Shown piece after piece: positions 1 through 13,000 of a DNA stretch of 64,000 nt (position 1 is the first letter of the stretch; each line of letters begins with the position of its first letter). The notes under the pieces are model-generated. The model was not told the origin of the DNA. It saw only the letters and a list, made by a program, of their open reading frames with translations, and ran no database searches. The position numbers were made by a program, and so were the translations under genes. Source of the DNA: Bugula neritina (taxonomy: Eukaryota > Animalia > Bryozoa); assembly GCA_964035545.1 (NCBI GenBank), contig OZ037766.1:2666001-2730000 (forward strand), read 5' to 3'.

Positions 1-2602
1 GGCTGCAGCTCCACGGATGAACGCCCAGTCGACGTGGATGGTTTGACCTAGAATATCTGTACCATTCAATGCCTTCATTGCCTCGTCAGCCTCTTTGAAG
101 GTCTCAAACTCCACCAACGCATATCCCTGGAATAAACACACATACATTGCTTGCAGCTTGTGTGAACAATATAACAAGGTATACTGCAGCCACATGAAGT
201 CACCTTCTAGATAGTGCAGACAGAGAGAGTCATACTTGATTACAAATAAAAGAGCTGTAGTATCTAACAGTTCACCGACAAATAATAGTGCAGTGTTTAC
301 ACCCATTTTTAATAAATTGTGAATCTACTAATTTCAACCTACGTTGAAACTTTTAAATGTCATACCCAAGTTGTCTAAGATTGTTAACAAATCTTTACAG
401 CCAATGACCAGTTGGCACTTACTTTTATAAACCCAGTTCTTCTGTCCAAGTTGAGATGCAGATTCTTAATCTCTCCGTAATCCGCAAACGCATCGTAGAC
501 ATTGTCTTCCTGAGCCTCTTCATGCACTCCCGTAACAAACAGGATCCAGCCTTCCACAGCTATACCAACCGGAAATGGCATTCGATAAATGGCATTCAGG
601 TAAATTGTCTAGTCAACATATCACAGGAACTACATAAGCTCATGTCCCGTAAAACATGTCACAAAAGTGGCCAACAAAATATATCCTTATCAGGTATTTT
701 GTCGCTTTTTTATTACTTAGTTTCTATTTAAATATCTATAACTTTGAGCATGTACACGAGCATACAGTAACAACATACATAGCCAGATGGTAATCAGGAA
801 GACCTAGCTAAGAGATACACAGTAATATATAATATATACACTTGATAGCCTAGCTGAGCACAGATTATATGAGAACTGCAAAGAGTATAAATAGAGAAGA
901 CAACTAACAGCGCTGAGGTCCAGTGGCAGAGGTCAGTTCATCTTCCTCTTCCAAATCCATCACTTCATATTTCTCAACACTACTCTTAGTTATGCCTTCT
1001 GCAAACAAAGAAACCCATGAGTTTTCCAGACACAAGTCAATAAACCAGAATGGCAAATGTAGCTGCAGCCAAAATATTTTCTTGATTTTAAATATCAAAA
1101 ATTATATAAATGAAATACCTGCGATTCGAGTTACATTTTATCAGCCTGTATAATATCTAAGGTCAAATATACACTTTTACCTAATCAGTTATTACTATGT
1201 GCTAATAGTAATAGAATGTCAACAAGAGGCGTCTCATGATTTGTCAAATATCTTAGGTGACTTAGAGCAACATAAAAACTTTTTACAGTTCTCCAAAACA
1301 CTTCGTGTAAAGTTTCACCCATTTGCTACCCGGGTCTGTAGTTATTTTTCAGTCAAGTATTCGGAAATAGCTATTTACGATAGAAATTCGTATTAAAGTT
1401 GTTGAAGATCTTTTGATGTCGTAGTAACACACACTTACTAGTACATTTCAAACAACATAAAAACTCACCAGATCCAAAACCTCTGCCTTTGCGTTTTCTT
1501 GCACTACCTTTCAGCTTAGAAAGGTTGTCTAAAATGAAGAAAAACATCATCGTCAGCACCAAAAAAAAAAACTATGGTTGCAAAGTGAAGAATGCTGTTT
1601 CACCTGCAACAACTTTTCAGTCTGGGAAAGGATATTTCCATATGGAAAATCAAGATAAGTTTAGAAAATGAACAGTTTTTTCTTAGTGATTACTGTGAGT
1701 CTTAAGAATTATTGATACGACTATGAATATTGAGTTGAGTCAGTCGCTGCAGCATTTCTGATTATATTTATTATTATTATTATTTATATCAGGGTTGAGG
1801 TCAATTACCTATGAATGTAATTAGTTACAATTACATTTTTATACATCAATTACAGATTACATTCAATTACTTGAGAAAGTGTAATTAATTACAACCAATT
1901 ACAATTACAAATTACAATTACCCCAACCCTGAGTTATATAGTAATTCACTAATTACTTTTGCTGCTATTGAGTATCAGTATAAGTAGTAGTAGTAGTATA
2001 AGTAGTAGTATAAGTAGTAGTAGTAGTAGTAGTAGTAGTATAGGTAGTAGTTGTAGCAGTAGTAGTAATATCACTATAACTATAAGTACAAGTATTGACT
2101 TAGACTAGCTAGTGAAAAGAGCCGGCATCAAAATTATTTTGTATAACTATATTCAGATTTTTTTATTGTTATAACAAAATTAAACTCAAAAACATGGTCA
2201 GTTGCTCGACAACTACAAGAATATCATAATCACTTAATCATTATGATTATGATAATTGATATTGATAATGAAATTAAATATGACTATAGTATTGGCATCG
2301 CTATTCAATTTTACTAAATTACCATCATCACGATTTTTGTAGTTGATGCTTCAAGTCTAATAACTTGAAGCTGAGTGTGATAACTATAAGTATAACTCAC
2401 TCGATAAGATTAAGTTTAACTATAAGTATAAGTTAGTATAGGTATTAAGTTAAAGTTAAAGTATCACTATCAGTATGACTCAGTCTCACTAATAAAATTA
2501 AATATCACAAAGTGAATAAGAAACTGGGTACTTACTGTCACCTTCCTCGTCCATTTCAAAATCATCACCTCCTTCATGAATATCTAATGCAACTTCAGCC
2601 AT
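1..2602 (-). CDS. RBM8A: RNA-binding protein 8A (Y14/tsunagi), exon junction complex core; 3' end beyond window
   Basis: Exons 2602-2536, 1528-1469, 998-909, 559-423, 126-<1 join in frame via GT-AG: [90 protein letters not shown], the Y14 RRM signature. Confidence 0.97.
1790..1931. mobile_element. hAT-type MITE (~142 bp) in RBM8A intron 1
   Basis: TIRs CAGGGTTGAGGT / ACCCCAACCCTG; 8-bp flanks ATTTATAT / AGTTATAT (7/8 match, hAT-sized TSD); interior built from AATTAC repeats. Confidence 0.8.
1960..2510. repeat. Promoter-flanking 3/6-bp periodic low-complexity tract (RBM8A intron 1)
   Basis: (AGT)n, ACTATA/AGTATA and ATTGAT-type periodic runs. Confidence 0.7.
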
Positions 2603-2909
2603 TGTGATTGTGATCAATTTAGAGTTCTAAAATGGCAGAAATATAACGTAAGTCGACGACGCCGATTGTGTACAAAAGCTGAGAAAGAAGAATGAGGGAT
2701 AGTCGGAAAAGCTGAAAATCGCTTCGTGCTGTCACGAAATATAGTCTGACAACTATATTAAAAACCAAAGTTCTATGTAATATCCGTGCCACTGTCAATT
2801 TAGCATATGTCGTAAAAGAATAGAGCTGCATTGTGGCAAACAATTGATTTCTGCTCACAGTGCAAACTCTACGTTTTCATTTTGATAAACATGCATTTAG
2901 CCATTACAG
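2603..2909. promoter_or_regulatory. Putative compact bidirectional promoter RBM8A / Delphilin
   Basis: Locally CpG-rich segment between the RBM8A ATG (2602, -) and a + strand donor CAG|GTAATG at 2910 (probable non-coding first exon of Delphilin); YY1-like AAAATGGC near 2629. Confidence 0.5.
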
Positions 2910-4094
2910 GTAATGTCACAATATTATTAAGGCCCTGTGCAATATTTATAAATTAACTTTTTATGTTGATTTAAAACTTTTAATGCATATTTATTGTTAA
3001 TATCATAATTTCGTAATAATACATAATTTGATAATGATAGTGATAATTTTTCATGATATTCATATTGATATTGGTTTGATATTTTATTAGTATTACTATT
3101 AGTATTCGATTTAGTTGTCAATCACAATTATAATGGTAATCTCATTAATCATAATGTTAATTAATAATTATAATGATTTTTATTATGATTATTTTTACTC
3201 ACAATTGCAATGGCAAAATAATTGTAGTCATTCATCAGTGATAATCGCATACTAAAATCATTAGTCTTTGATCTTTATTTTGGTTAAAATATTAAATTTA
3301 TTATAAATGAAAATGAAATTAGATATTACAGATTGTTAATGTTATATTAAAATATATGTTGATATTGTCAATGTTTGCACTTAGTATTGTTAGTAATATT
3401 ATGTTTTTTAAATTGGAATGTTTATATTACAATATTATCCCAATCTCAGGATTGATATTAGATTTATTGTTCTATTAAATTTTAGTCAAGCAATCTAAGT
3501 ATAGTTGTATGTTATTGAATTATTATTGTGAATCAAGTGGTTAGTTTCAGTCATTAGCATGTAATACTGCTATAAGAAAAAGGATATCTTAGCAAAACAC
3601 TAAAAAGACATTCTGTAACTATTTTATTTTTATAATGATTCATGACAGTAGTTACTAAATAGCAAACTCTAACTATTGCAATTATTCTTTATGTAATATG
3701 AAGTCTAGTCTGATTCTCAAAGCTAGAAAATATACTAAAATATTGTAATAAAAGAATATGTATAAGTGTTACACGACATAATGAATATAAGCTAGTCAGA
3801 GTATAAACATTAATAGTAAAATAATATTGTTTTAATTGTAGTGATTACTAATTGAAAGAACAATATATGTTAACAATTATGACTGTCATAGAATTGGTGT
3901 AATCATTATAACATCAGCAGTGCTTCAAACTTTTCAATTGCTAAAAATAATCTTCCAGACACTCAATGGCTAGCCAGTTCTACTTGCAGCTGTCTAATCT
4001 TTGGTGTTAATTACAATTTCTATCTAAATGTCGTATCACATTTATTGTTTGTTTGCAGCATACTAGATAGAGTGAGCTTCACTAATGCATCAAC

Positions 4095-7000
4095 ATGCCT
4101 GGCACCATGAGGTATACCAGGTGGCCCGAGAGACATGGGTTCAGTATTGGAGGGCGGGGACCCTCTTACGTCCTCCGTGTAGTCAAGGGTTCTGCAGCAG
4201 ACAAGCAAGGACTACGTAGAGGCGATCATATCATAGAACTAGACAATGTCAAGGTTACTCACATGGCAGCATCTGTTCTTGAGAACTTTGCTAATAGTCG
4301 TAGAAATGCACAGCCATTCATTAAAGTTGTGAACAACTTACAACATGTGGAGCTTGTGGCAACTAGAGTACATAGGTGTGGCCTCACTCTGCAATATTCC
4401 CAGAGAGATGGATTTACTGTTGACCATGTTACACCTAGAGGGCCGGCTTTCAAAGCAGGACTAAAGCATGGTGTGTTAATTATACAGATATTGTTCATTT
4501 ATATGATTTATATATATATGTATATAGCATAACAAAATTAGTTAGTTTAAAAATAGTATAATTTGGTATATAAAGTAATTATTCCTTATATAGCAAGTCA
4601 AACTTGATTTCATTGATTTACCTTTGTGACTTTTTCAATGGCTATAACAGCATGCATTCATTCTCTCATTAAATTTTTATTTGATTAGGTCTTTCACTGA
4701 GCACCAACTTCAATGCTATAACAAAAGCTTGCACCTAAATATTATTCAGGCTGGTTTGATTATATAACACAATTAAAGTTTGATGATTATTCATAAGAAA
4801 GTAATGCTATTCATTCTCCAAGAAAAGATGTGGGTGGTTAGATTGTAAATAATAGTTAACAGGCCAGTGTGGTGCTTTTTAGATGTGGACGTTTTGTTGT
4901 CAATATTCTGTAATTTACCATCAAAAATTTCATCAATATTTTCAAGTTATTTGTTAGTTTTGCTATTTTGAAATTTGTCTGTTGTTTTTCAAGTCATTGT
5001 TTATATGCATTGCCAAAAAATGAATTCAATAGAAGAAATGCAACAACGTCATTATTTCTTAAATGTTCATTTTTCTGCAAAATGCTTTCAATTGGAATAA
5101 GCTACCTCTGACTTTAAGACATCATCAAAGCTTTGCCACATTTAAAATATTGTTGAAAAAGCACCTACTAAATTCTTTAACTTAATCTGAATAAATAGTT
5201 CCCACTATTTTTTCAACTGCCACTTGGGCCCCGTTCCTTGAATAGCTATGCTACTGAGCACATGGGCCCCCATCTTGATTTCGATTGATATTATATATAA
5301 ATTGAATTTAGCTCTTTTTTGTGTTACTGTTGTATATTTGTATTTTTTTGTCCTTTTGTTTTTTTTTTGATGGAAATAAAGAAAACAAACAAACAACAAA
5401 ACAAGTTGCAAAGCTTTCAAGTTGAGCTTCTGCAGAGCAAGCTGTGCCTACAGCACAGTCAATCTTAGCTTTCAACTACAGCCACTTTGCAAAAGCATGT
5501 GCTAGTAGAGAGATCATATTACATGGCAAAATAATCTCTATATACATGTGGTATAATTAATAAGCACAATAAAGTGAGACACCAGTGAAGATTACCATTA
5601 TAATAATTATTAATTACAGCACATTTTAGAGTTTATTTATATTATTTATCTTTGTTATGTACGCTGTTTGTAGCCTAATCATATAATGATAATGAATTTA
5701 TTGTAATCATATATACTAATAATTAATATATTATAAGAAATGTTGTGTTGGATTCAATAGATTTCACTAATCTCTCACTTGAACTGTGACATTGAAAGTT
5801 ATGTAATATGGACTTGCTGTGATTCAATATTACATGTAACTACCTCATAGTTAATACAATATCAGCTTATGTTTAGTCAGTTTTATTATGTGCTAACAGT
5901 AATAGAATTTCAGCATATCTTATGATTTCTCAAACATTGTAGGTGACTTGATCTTAGAAGTAAATGGGGATCCAATCTACGAGAAATCTAATTCTATTGG
6001 AATGGTTAGGAAAGCCTTGGCATCACATAAAGGAAAGATAAAGTTAGCTGTCATTCCTTGTAGTAATCATGTCTCTTCCAGTGCATCGCGATTATTGAGA
6101 CACACTCACAAGCAACCCAAGTCTTCTAAGGAACTCTATGCTAAGGTATGAATTGTATCTAAAAACTAGTTTAGTTGCTTTTTGATCTAATAAAATTCAT
6201 AGAAGTGTTATATCCTAATGTATTTTCTATTTACTGTAAAACCAATATAGGTTGTAACTGCTGCTGCTTATTGAATTTTTTTGTAGGAAATATCAATATT
6301 ATGATAATTTATATTTGATGTGCAGCCATTTTGTCAGGTCATTCCGATTATATCTGTAAAGTTCAATCAACTCCCCTTTTTGTTTCCTTGTAAATTGGCA
6401 TCTCAGTATATCTAGCTACAGACAGGATAGTCGTCTGGTATGCTCTGTATGGACTGACCATATTATCTTGTAAGCTTGACTGAAAAACAATAAACCAAAT
6501 GAATTTTAAAGCATTTCAAAGCAGGGCTGAATTTATGTAGATAATACAACATATTTGAATTTTGTCTAAAAATGCTGTAAATTAATATGATTTTAGCAAA
6601 GTATGCAAAATTGATTGTAATATGTCCAGGGCAAATCACTTCTGCACCTGAAACTCACCTGATTATCAATAATCAATCAATACCTGTAGTATCACCTATT
6701 AGGTTTGATAATTGTGCATTCTACAGTATTAATGTGTTTTCAATAAAGCAGCACAGCTAATTAGAGCTTAGATTTGTGACTAAAATAATTGTCGGCTGTC
6801 GAAACAATGGCAATTATTGGTAATTATGGTGGCGATTATGTAATGATGAGACTGTGAATCACGTTACAGATGAACAGGTTGTTTGCTGAGGACTATGAGA
6901 AGAAGATGGCACTGATTGCTGTACTCAAACTGTATGCTGAAAGCAGGAACATTGAGAAGCTGGCCAAGTCTTTAGTCATAGTTCTACAAACACCCACCCA

Positions 7001-10000
7001 ACGCAAGATCATACCATATATTAGGTGCTTAGGCTAACATTGTGATATTACTATGAATAAACTTTCATGAGAGTATAAAAAGCTGTTTACACTAGTTACT
7101 TTTGGAATTGCACATTTTCTTCAGGTGCAAAACTACTCTAATGACATTTTTCATGCAGCTGGTTTTATCAACTCTATAATTAATATACTGTCACCTTTTA
7201 CAAGTTTGTTCATATACAAATTTCAGCTTCAAAATTTAGTTATTAAACCTTTAGATATTTATTTCTGCACTAGATATTTGTTTCGGTACTATTTACTAGT
7301 TCTTCTCTCCTACAGGTTACACATTCCTGTGAAGGACAGGAGAGTGTTCGATGACATAGTCCAAAGGAGTCTAGGTAAAAGCTACTCTGAAGATCGAGCA
7401 TCTCAACCTGCACACGTTACTCTTCCAGACTACAATAGTGGCATGACTGTTGATGAATTGGGAGGGGATAATCCTAGCTCAGAGTAATGGTTCTAATCTA
7501 ACACCTAGTATTGCATGTGTTAAGAGACTGCAGAGTAAAGTCGCTGTTGCTTTAGTGTACTGCTTATTGCATATAACAGGGTTGTCATCTAGCAATTAAT
7601 TTCCATGACCCATTAGGTTGAATAGCTTTTGGTGTGTAATTGAAAACTTAAATCTAGGTTCATGAAAGATGCTAAAAACTTTCATTCAATGCTTTAAATA
7701 TTCGTTTCACTTCAGCTTGTTTAAGAATTAGCGTCAAAACATAAATTCCTAAAAATATTTTCTTTTGTTTGTTACAGTTTGTCGTACCTGAGGCAAGTGA
7801 GTGTTCATAAGGGTGATAGTGACCTTGGAATAATACTCAAAGGTCGGCATCCGGTTGTCATAGAAACTGTGCTGGGTAATTCTGCCGCTGAAAGAGCAGG
7901 TCTGCGAAGGGGAGACTGCATCTTAAAAGTCAATAAACATTCTGTTTTGTAAGTAGCAAAGTTTAAAAGTGATAAAATTCAATTATATATAATTGTCATT
8001 ATGCAGTGTTGTAGAGGTAGTCATTGTTTATTAAAAACCTACCAAAATGTTGACACATTTCTGTGTTATATGATGGGCTATAGCAAAATGCCTTCTTTCA
8101 TTTGATATTTTTTTATTGGCTTCTACTGTCTGGGTGTGTCAACTTAGCCTAAATATTTCTATAATTTTGGAGCTCAGGCTATTTTGAAGTGAAAAAATAT
8201 GTTTATAAGTTGTGCACAAGCCAATAATTGTAGCATTATTTTAAATTTAATTATTTTATTTATTTTATGTTTAGAACTTTTAAAGCTTTAGAACCAGTAA
8301 TGTGATACACTTACAATGATGATTACTTCTAAAAGGTTTAACTAAAATTTGTAAAATTTTTGTTAAGAAAATTTTGACGACTTCTTTGTATGTTAGTTAT
8401 TTTCTTATGCCAAATCATGTGACTGAAGCCAAGTCATGTGATGCGTCTAGTTCCTTATTATTTCGTGTCAATACTAATTTTCTGTTAGATAGCACCAAAT
8501 ATAGCCTTAGTACCTTGTATCTGGATATTGTACCGTGTATTTCAGCAATGCTTCACACTACGACATTCAAGAACGTCTGAAGCTCTCGGGGCCCACAGTG
8601 CGTCTCGATGTTATTGCTCAAGGTCACCTCACGGAGCAGTCACATGACCTTTCATTAGCCAATGGTAGTAACCTTTCCCCATTGCATTCTATCACAGCAC
8701 CCTGCACAGCTTTCTCTGCCGCTTTGCTTATTTCACCTCGTCACCAGATACCCAGCTCTCTCGTGAGCACCACTCTGTGTTCTCGTTGTGGTATGCTTTG
8801 TTCAGTTCCATCTGGTTTCTAGCTCATATTATTTGTTGTGCTGGAGACAAAATCTATTTACATTTACTATAGTATTTTGCAAAGCCTTGGGTCCTGGAAA
8901 TAAAGCAAACAAAACAATGTGTTGATTGACAAATATTATATCAAAAAGCACATAAAAATATCATAAATACTAATCTAAATACAGATCTTTGTAGTCTAAC
9001 TTTTACAAGTATCAAATCTAAATAATTAGATGTGTGTGTTTAGCTTTCAGCATCTTAACATTTGATTTGGTATAGTTTATCTTTCTAACAGGAAATATTG
9101 AATCAGTTTTAAATGCTACTGAATAAGACATATTGGATTTTGAGCTAGCATCTCACTGTAATGAAATTAGATTTTATTCTGTCACTCGTTTGACAGCCTA
9201 GACGCTTGTAGAGGTTTAACCATTAACAGCTTGTTTTCACTTAACACTTCAGCAATTATTTTTGCTGTAAGTTGTTTGTATATATAATGTATCATGGTGT
9301 AGTGTTGTATCCTCATCAGGAGCAAGGAGCTGTGTGGAGACGGTGCCTCTACCCGACGCAAGAATAGATAGAAACAGCTTTGACTCCTCTACTATGGGCA
9401 GTGCACACAGTCAAAGCTCCTCCAATGATTGGGCATTTCAGAACTCTCTCCGACTACATGACAGAGGCCCTTCATCATTCAAGACTCAGGTTAGCTTGGT
9501 CTGAGGAAATTATCTGTATCATAATACAGTCTACTTCAGATTTTAGTAGCCAGAACGTGCTTATAGTTGTGGTCTTTGGTTGAAAAATTGTTGATTACTG
9601 ACTCTTTTTTGTCGGACGATATTTCATGTGGCGATTTGCTCATAACATAAACATATAAAAACAGACAACTATAAATGAGTTATTTTATATGTACATAATA
9701 AGTATTGAATTTAATATCAGAATGTGCAAAATTGGTACTGGTACTTGGTACTTCTTCATGTAATTATATTTCAAATTAAATGCATATACATTATATAGCA
9801 ATGTTTGGGTGACATTCTACCAAATGTGAAATAACATACACATGCATTCTTCACAAATTATTTAGCTAGCTTTTTACCGCAACTAGTAGTGTGATGATTA
9901 CACATGTCAATAGTATTATATAGATAGACAGCAGGTATTATTCCCATTCATTGTATTTATTGATTAATTTCTGTCGCAGGTGAATTATCTATTAGATAAA

Positions 10001-13000
10001 AGAGAAAAGAAGCTATTCAAGCAACACCTCTACAATTATCACAATGACAGGTAGGTGCTTTGCTTTCTATACTCAGTTGTATAATTTCTATGTTTGAATA
10101 GTACAGCTGGTTCAAATCAGGGCGTTGCTTTAATTTCAGGTGCTGTGTATGGCCCTGTTTTGTTAAGTTACAAAGCCTGTAGGCTAAAATCATTTTCATT
10201 ATGCATTGAGCTGTGATATATGAGTTTTAATTATTAACATATTCTAATATTTGAAGAGATGAATGCCCGTATAGTCTGAAATGTCATGCAGCTTTTACTG
10301 TTATTAGCTTTAAAGGATTGCTCTATCTTAGTTTATTACAATCACATTATAATAGACCCTTTTCAAATGTCCCTCTAGGGGCTTTTATAATTTGAAGTTG
10401 TCTCCTCCCACCCGGTATATGGGGGAGTCTATATGATATATAGAAAGTCATAAAATCAGGAGAAATTTAAGGTTTGTGTGAGGACTATTGCTAGCATGAG
10501 TTTTTTCTTTTCTGAGATAAATATTTTGGCCTAAGCATACATAATAGCAGTTCCAGAAAATTTTTAAAAATTTTCTTTTTTGACAAATCTTGAGAAAAAT
10601 AAACTTCAAAGCATGTTTGTGGTTTTGGTTACTGAGCAAGTTGAAGTGGTAACTATGATACAAGTCTCATTAATTATTTGTTATACTGGCTGTCATGTTC
10701 AATTCATAGCTGTTGACCTTTCAACTTTTTGGTTAGAATCTGCTGTTAGCACAGTCTTAGAGCTCTGCTAGTGAATGAGACAGCAGATTAGCTGTTAGCA
10801 TTTTCAATTAATTATATACTTATGCACTTATGTTATGAGAATAGCTAAACTACCTACCTCAATACCCATCATTTTCAAGAAGCATTCTCACAAAACTATA
10901 GATAACGATATATTATTAAATAGACTGGTTAAATTTGTATCATCAAACGAATATGAAATGTGGATTAATACATGTCGTTTAATTTTCTAGCAGGTTAAAT
11001 GCATCTATTGCACTTGCAACAATTGTGCTCAAATAAATATATCTAGATAAACCCCGATAGCCTTTTAGCTGTTGGCATTCAGGTTTTTGTGTTACAGTTT
11101 TGTTATTTCTTAATATTATGCCTGTGGCTTGTAGTATAGGAACAGTAGTGAAGAAATTGAGATAGCCTAAGTTTTTTGAATTTCTTTATAAATTTTGGTG
11201 TTGCACATAACATAACTTCTTTTGCTACATTTCTAATCTAGAACAAAGGCTTTTCTCAATTTCTCCATTACTGCACCTACCCGTGTGTAGTAGTCATCTC
11301 TGTCAGCTGCAGTAGACTCAAGGTCCTAGTTAATGTAGGTGGTAGGTTAAAACATAGTTATATAATGAAATAGGTAAAAGGCCAACCTAAGCCAGCCATT
11401 ACTGAACCTGAAAACCCAAGTTTCTCAACTCATCAAATTGCAACATAGGTAAACTGAATTATCTGAAAACCGCTTCTGAAAGAATTTCTGGTTGAAAAGT
11501 ATGAAGCAAATTCTGATAAAGGAAGCAGTGAAAGTATGTTGAAAATATTGAGTTATTAACTTTTTGCTTGGGTTTTCAGTGAAACCATTTAATGTTATAG
11601 CTTCTCAACTTCTCATGCTCTAAATATCTACATCAGCTAGTCTTATTGAAACTTAGCTGTAGTTTTACAGCTGGCTTGGCTGATCCTGGGTCACAAAATG
11701 TTATGCATAATCGAGGATAAGTTCACCCCAAGTATAACATATCGATCAATTAGAACTTTCAAATAAAACTATTAGACCTGTTGTAAAACATGCAATAAAG
11801 ATATAGGGCAGACAAAATATTTCAAGATGATATTGAATTAAAAGATGTCTGCCTCTTGTAAATACTTTAAATGAGCTTCTATTTTAAATATTCCTACAGA
11901 GTTTTGACTTTTTTTTCATTCATTTTTGTTCATGCCTACTTATATTATAGCCAGTATTTACACTGAATTTCACAACATGTTGTCATGTCTGTGATATGCA
12001 ATAAATCAATCAACTATATAAAATATGTTAAATAAATTTTTGCCTAAACTGAGCTTTGCTTCTCTTAGTAATATTTTTCTTTTAAAAAAGTTTTGGCTAT
12101 AACATGAAACTATGTAAAGCATTGACGGTCCTTTGAACATAATGTAGTACAAACTCTTCAAAGTATAATTATGTGTACATGCTATAACACAGCTAAGCAG
12201 GCATGTGAGTAATTACATGTAACTAGCAGTGAAACTGGACCACTGCAGAGTTGAAAGGTCAATTCAGCTATAAATTGCATGGCCATAACAGACAGGACAA
12301 TAAATGATAATTGAGACTTAATCATAGTTGCTATTTCTGCATTGCCCAGCAACGGAAACCACAGAAATGCGTTCAAGCATATTTTAGGCAACATTTTTGC
12401 ATGTTGGGAGGACACAACTCTTAATTTTAGCGGGACATTGGAGACCACTGAAAAGGGTCTATTATGAACTATAATCTAATGTGTATGCAAACAATTGTGA
12501 CTTTGCAAAGGGATATGTGCCTCGAAAACAGCTTTTCAAAATTCCAATTTTGAGGGAGGTAAAATTTTCAACCATGAAAAAGAATAGCCTAATACGTGAC
12601 GTGTGAACGCCAGTAACTATGCTGCACGTGCTAACTATAACGCTAGTATTCAAGGTTGCTGAGCACAACATCAACCAATAACGCTCAAGCAGTTACAGTG
12701 CGTTATATAGGTCAGCTTTGGTGTGCCCGTAACATTGCACAATCTGACCTAGTTTAGATCGATCGCAGGCATTCATCCTAAAGAATGCATGTTTTTGCAA
12801 TGCTTTTTTCTAATGTTTACAAGCAAAATATGGCCTAATGTTATCACATACATGTTATTTAACATGTCAAAAAACTATAGATTGAGATAATTCACATTTG
12901 CACTTCTATAAATATACAAATTACGAGTTGAAAGATCACATCTCACAGTCATATTTCTATAGTTATTCATTTGTATAGTCACGTGACCAGCAGGAATGCT

